64,000 nucleotides of DNA from Waterburya sp. (lineage in GTDB: Bacteria > Cyanobacteriota > Cyanobacteriia > Cyanobacteriales > Xenococcaceae). Below the pieces are notes generated by a model, which saw only the letters and a program-made list of their open reading frames with translations, was not told the DNA's origin and did no database searches. This document shows, piece by piece, positions 62,441 to 64,000 of the stretch. Made by a program: the position numbers and the translations under genes. The first letter of the stretch is position 1. Each line of letters begins with the position of its first letter. The stretch lies in assembly GCA_965217895.1 (NCBI GenBank), contig CBDCJV010000002.1:1376001-1440000 (forward strand), written 5' to 3'.

Positions 62441-62653
62441 CTACAAAAGAATTTCGTTCATAAGTTGTTCGGGGGTAACTGGTTGACATTCACTCTTAAC
62501 AAATTCTTGTTCTGATTCGCGAACGTCACGAATCAAATCTGTTCTTTTTTGCTCTCTAAGACGATTTTGTAAAATACGAATTAACTCTTCTCGATCTTCA
62601 AAGGGAAGTTGTTCGACTGCTTCTAAAATATCTGCAAAGCTTATTTGTCTCAT
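62441..62653 (-). CDS. Small antitoxin-like protein
   Basis: 70 aa, helical; LEAVEQLPFEDREELI...TPEQLMNEI resembles antitoxins that precede RelE-type toxins (resemblance from memory). Confidence 0.5.
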   Translation of the reverse strand: MRQISFADILEAVEQLPFEDREELIRILQNRLREQKRTDLIRDVRESEQEFVKSECQPVTPEQLMNEILL

Positions 62654-62797
62654 GATGCTTATTTCTGTGATTTTTAATTAATTAAAGAACACTTGAAAAC
62701 AATCAATTTCATCAAACATGAGCGATCGCTCTAAAATTAGAGTTCTATCAATTCTGACGCTCTTAGCAATTTGTGGGTTTATTTATGCCCAATACCA

Positions 62798-63625
62798 CTA
62801 ACTGAGATTTAAAAATCTCTCTAACGCTTGAACCATTGTGGGAGGCCAGCGACGAATGTTTTTAATCCATTCTAGATCTTGATAGCGGTTATCCAGACCC
62901 ACTGCTGCAACCCAATTACTTTCGGCTTCTCCCTGCTGCCCTTCTACCCACAAAGCAGCAGCTAGGGCTGCACGCATATCAGAATACATCGGATACTTGC
63001 GAACTAAGTTACGCATATTGCGAATAGCTTCAGGGCGATCGCCTATTTGATACATAACAAGAGAAGCATTACCCCGCGCCATGGGAAAAGTAGGCGCAAG
63101 ATCGGCAGCTTCTTGATAATCTTCCAAGGCATTTTTCCACTTTTGTTGACCTGCTTCGGCATTTCCCCTATTATTTAACGCTACTGGATCTTGAGGACTA
63201 ATTTTTAGGACATGATTGTAATCAGCGATCGCTCGATCCCAAAGTCTTTTTCCTTCGTAGGCAATACCCCGATTGAGATAAGCATCAGGATATTCAGGGG
63301 CAATTTTAATAGAACGATCAAAGTCAGCGATCGCTTCAGTAAGCTTGTACTGACCGATGCGGACATTACCCCGATTACTCCACACAGCAGGGTTATCAGG
63401 AAATTTGTCAATTAATTCTGTCCAGTAAATTTCTGATAGAGCAAAATCCCCTTTCTCCGCAGCACGAATTGCTTTTTTGGCAATTTTCTCTCCCTGATTT
63501 ATTTGTTGAGCAGTAAAATTAGCACTCTGATTGCCTACAGCCACAGCAACCTTAGTAAAACCACTCCCAATCCAAAAAGAAAATATTAAAAATAAACTTA
63601 TTAACCAACGGCTCATTATAACCAC
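62798..63625 (-). CDS. TPR-repeat protein
   Basis: Repeated NRG-containing TPR units; C-terminal RRWPP. Confidence 0.9.
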   Translation of the reverse strand: MVIMSRWLISLFLIFSFWIGSGFTKVAVAVGNQSANFTAQQINQGEKIAKKAIRAAEKGDFALSEIYWTELIDKFPDNPAVWSNRGNVRIGQYKLTEAIADFDRSIKIAPEYPDAYLNRGIAYEGKRLWDRAIADYNHVLKISPQDPVALNNRGNAEAGQQKWKNALEDYQEAADLAPTFPMARGNASLVMYQIGDRPEAIRNMRNLVRKYPMYSDMRAALAAALWVEGQQGEAESNWVAAVGLDNRYQDLEWIKNIRRWPPTMVQALERFLNLS

Positions 63626-63832
63626 ACTGTTTTAAGACTTTATACCTAAAGATAATGATACTGGGATCGTCAAGTAAAAGCGATCGAAAATTCTGCATCC
63701 AGAGAATTTTAAAAAGCAGATCTAATAATTAGAGCTTATGAATTAAGTTCAGTTTTCCTGAGATACATAAGATTTGTCTACAATTAGAATGTTTGCCAAT
63801 TTTAATTTTTAGCAACTTATTATTTATCTCTA

Positions 63833-64000
63833 ATGACTTTGATTCGTATCCCTCAATCGTGGGAAATATCAGAAAACCAAATTACGCCTCCCAGACTTTA
63901 TTACAATCGGCGTGGCTTTATTAAAACTCTTATTGGTGCAGGTATTGGTGCTAGCCTTTTGCCTTTAGCAGGATGCCAATCTAGTTTAGGTATAGGCAAG
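63833..64000 (+). CDS. msrP: Protein-methionine-sulfoxide reductase catalytic subunit (5' part only)
   Basis: Manual translation MTLIRIPQSWEISENQITPPRLYYNRRGFIKTLIG...LAGC: a YedY/MsrP-type leader with Tat motif. Confidence 0.75.
   Translation, partial: MTLIRIPQSWEISENQITPPRLYYNRRGFIKTLIGAGIGASLLPLAGCQSSLGIGK

Noticed and set aside
1..64000. Very frequent GCGATCGC octamer
   Set aside because: This is HIP1, a well-known cyanobacterial genome feature; used only as taxonomic evidence.

Overview
64-kb chromosomal window from a low-GC cyanobacterium. The HIP1 octamer GCGATCGC is very frequent, psbK and cyanobacterial-type rpoZ are present, and heptamer tandem repeats occur. Most of it is housekeeping and metabolic genes (murA, acpP-fabF-tkt, gabD, sdhA, glgB, exbBD-tonB, lptAB, rimK, rpoZ, a stand-alone fusA, rplI, gloB, msrA, partial msrP) plus tRNA-Leu(CAG) and tRNA-Val(TAC). 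Accessory modules: a Trx/CcdA/cytochrome b/molybdoenzyme operon; a CuA-less (ARTO-type) oxidase operon with two DUF2231-like genes; an orphan ZorA/ZorB-like (MotA/MotB-like) pair; a degenerate ABC exporter with a pseudo-HisKA tail; a broken AddA-like helicase-nuclease. The strongest unexplained signal is a layer of tiny mobile DNA. A 48-nt GTCA-bounded hairpin element separates a tautomerase gene from its catalytic Pro-1 and recurs as the outer shell of a nested repeat stack. There is also a 51-nt in-frame insert in a HIP1 site, several MITEs with target duplications, an attC-like site, and a template-switch palindrome that frameshifts addA. murA appears to start at AUU. All calls come from reading motifs by eye; no database search was run.
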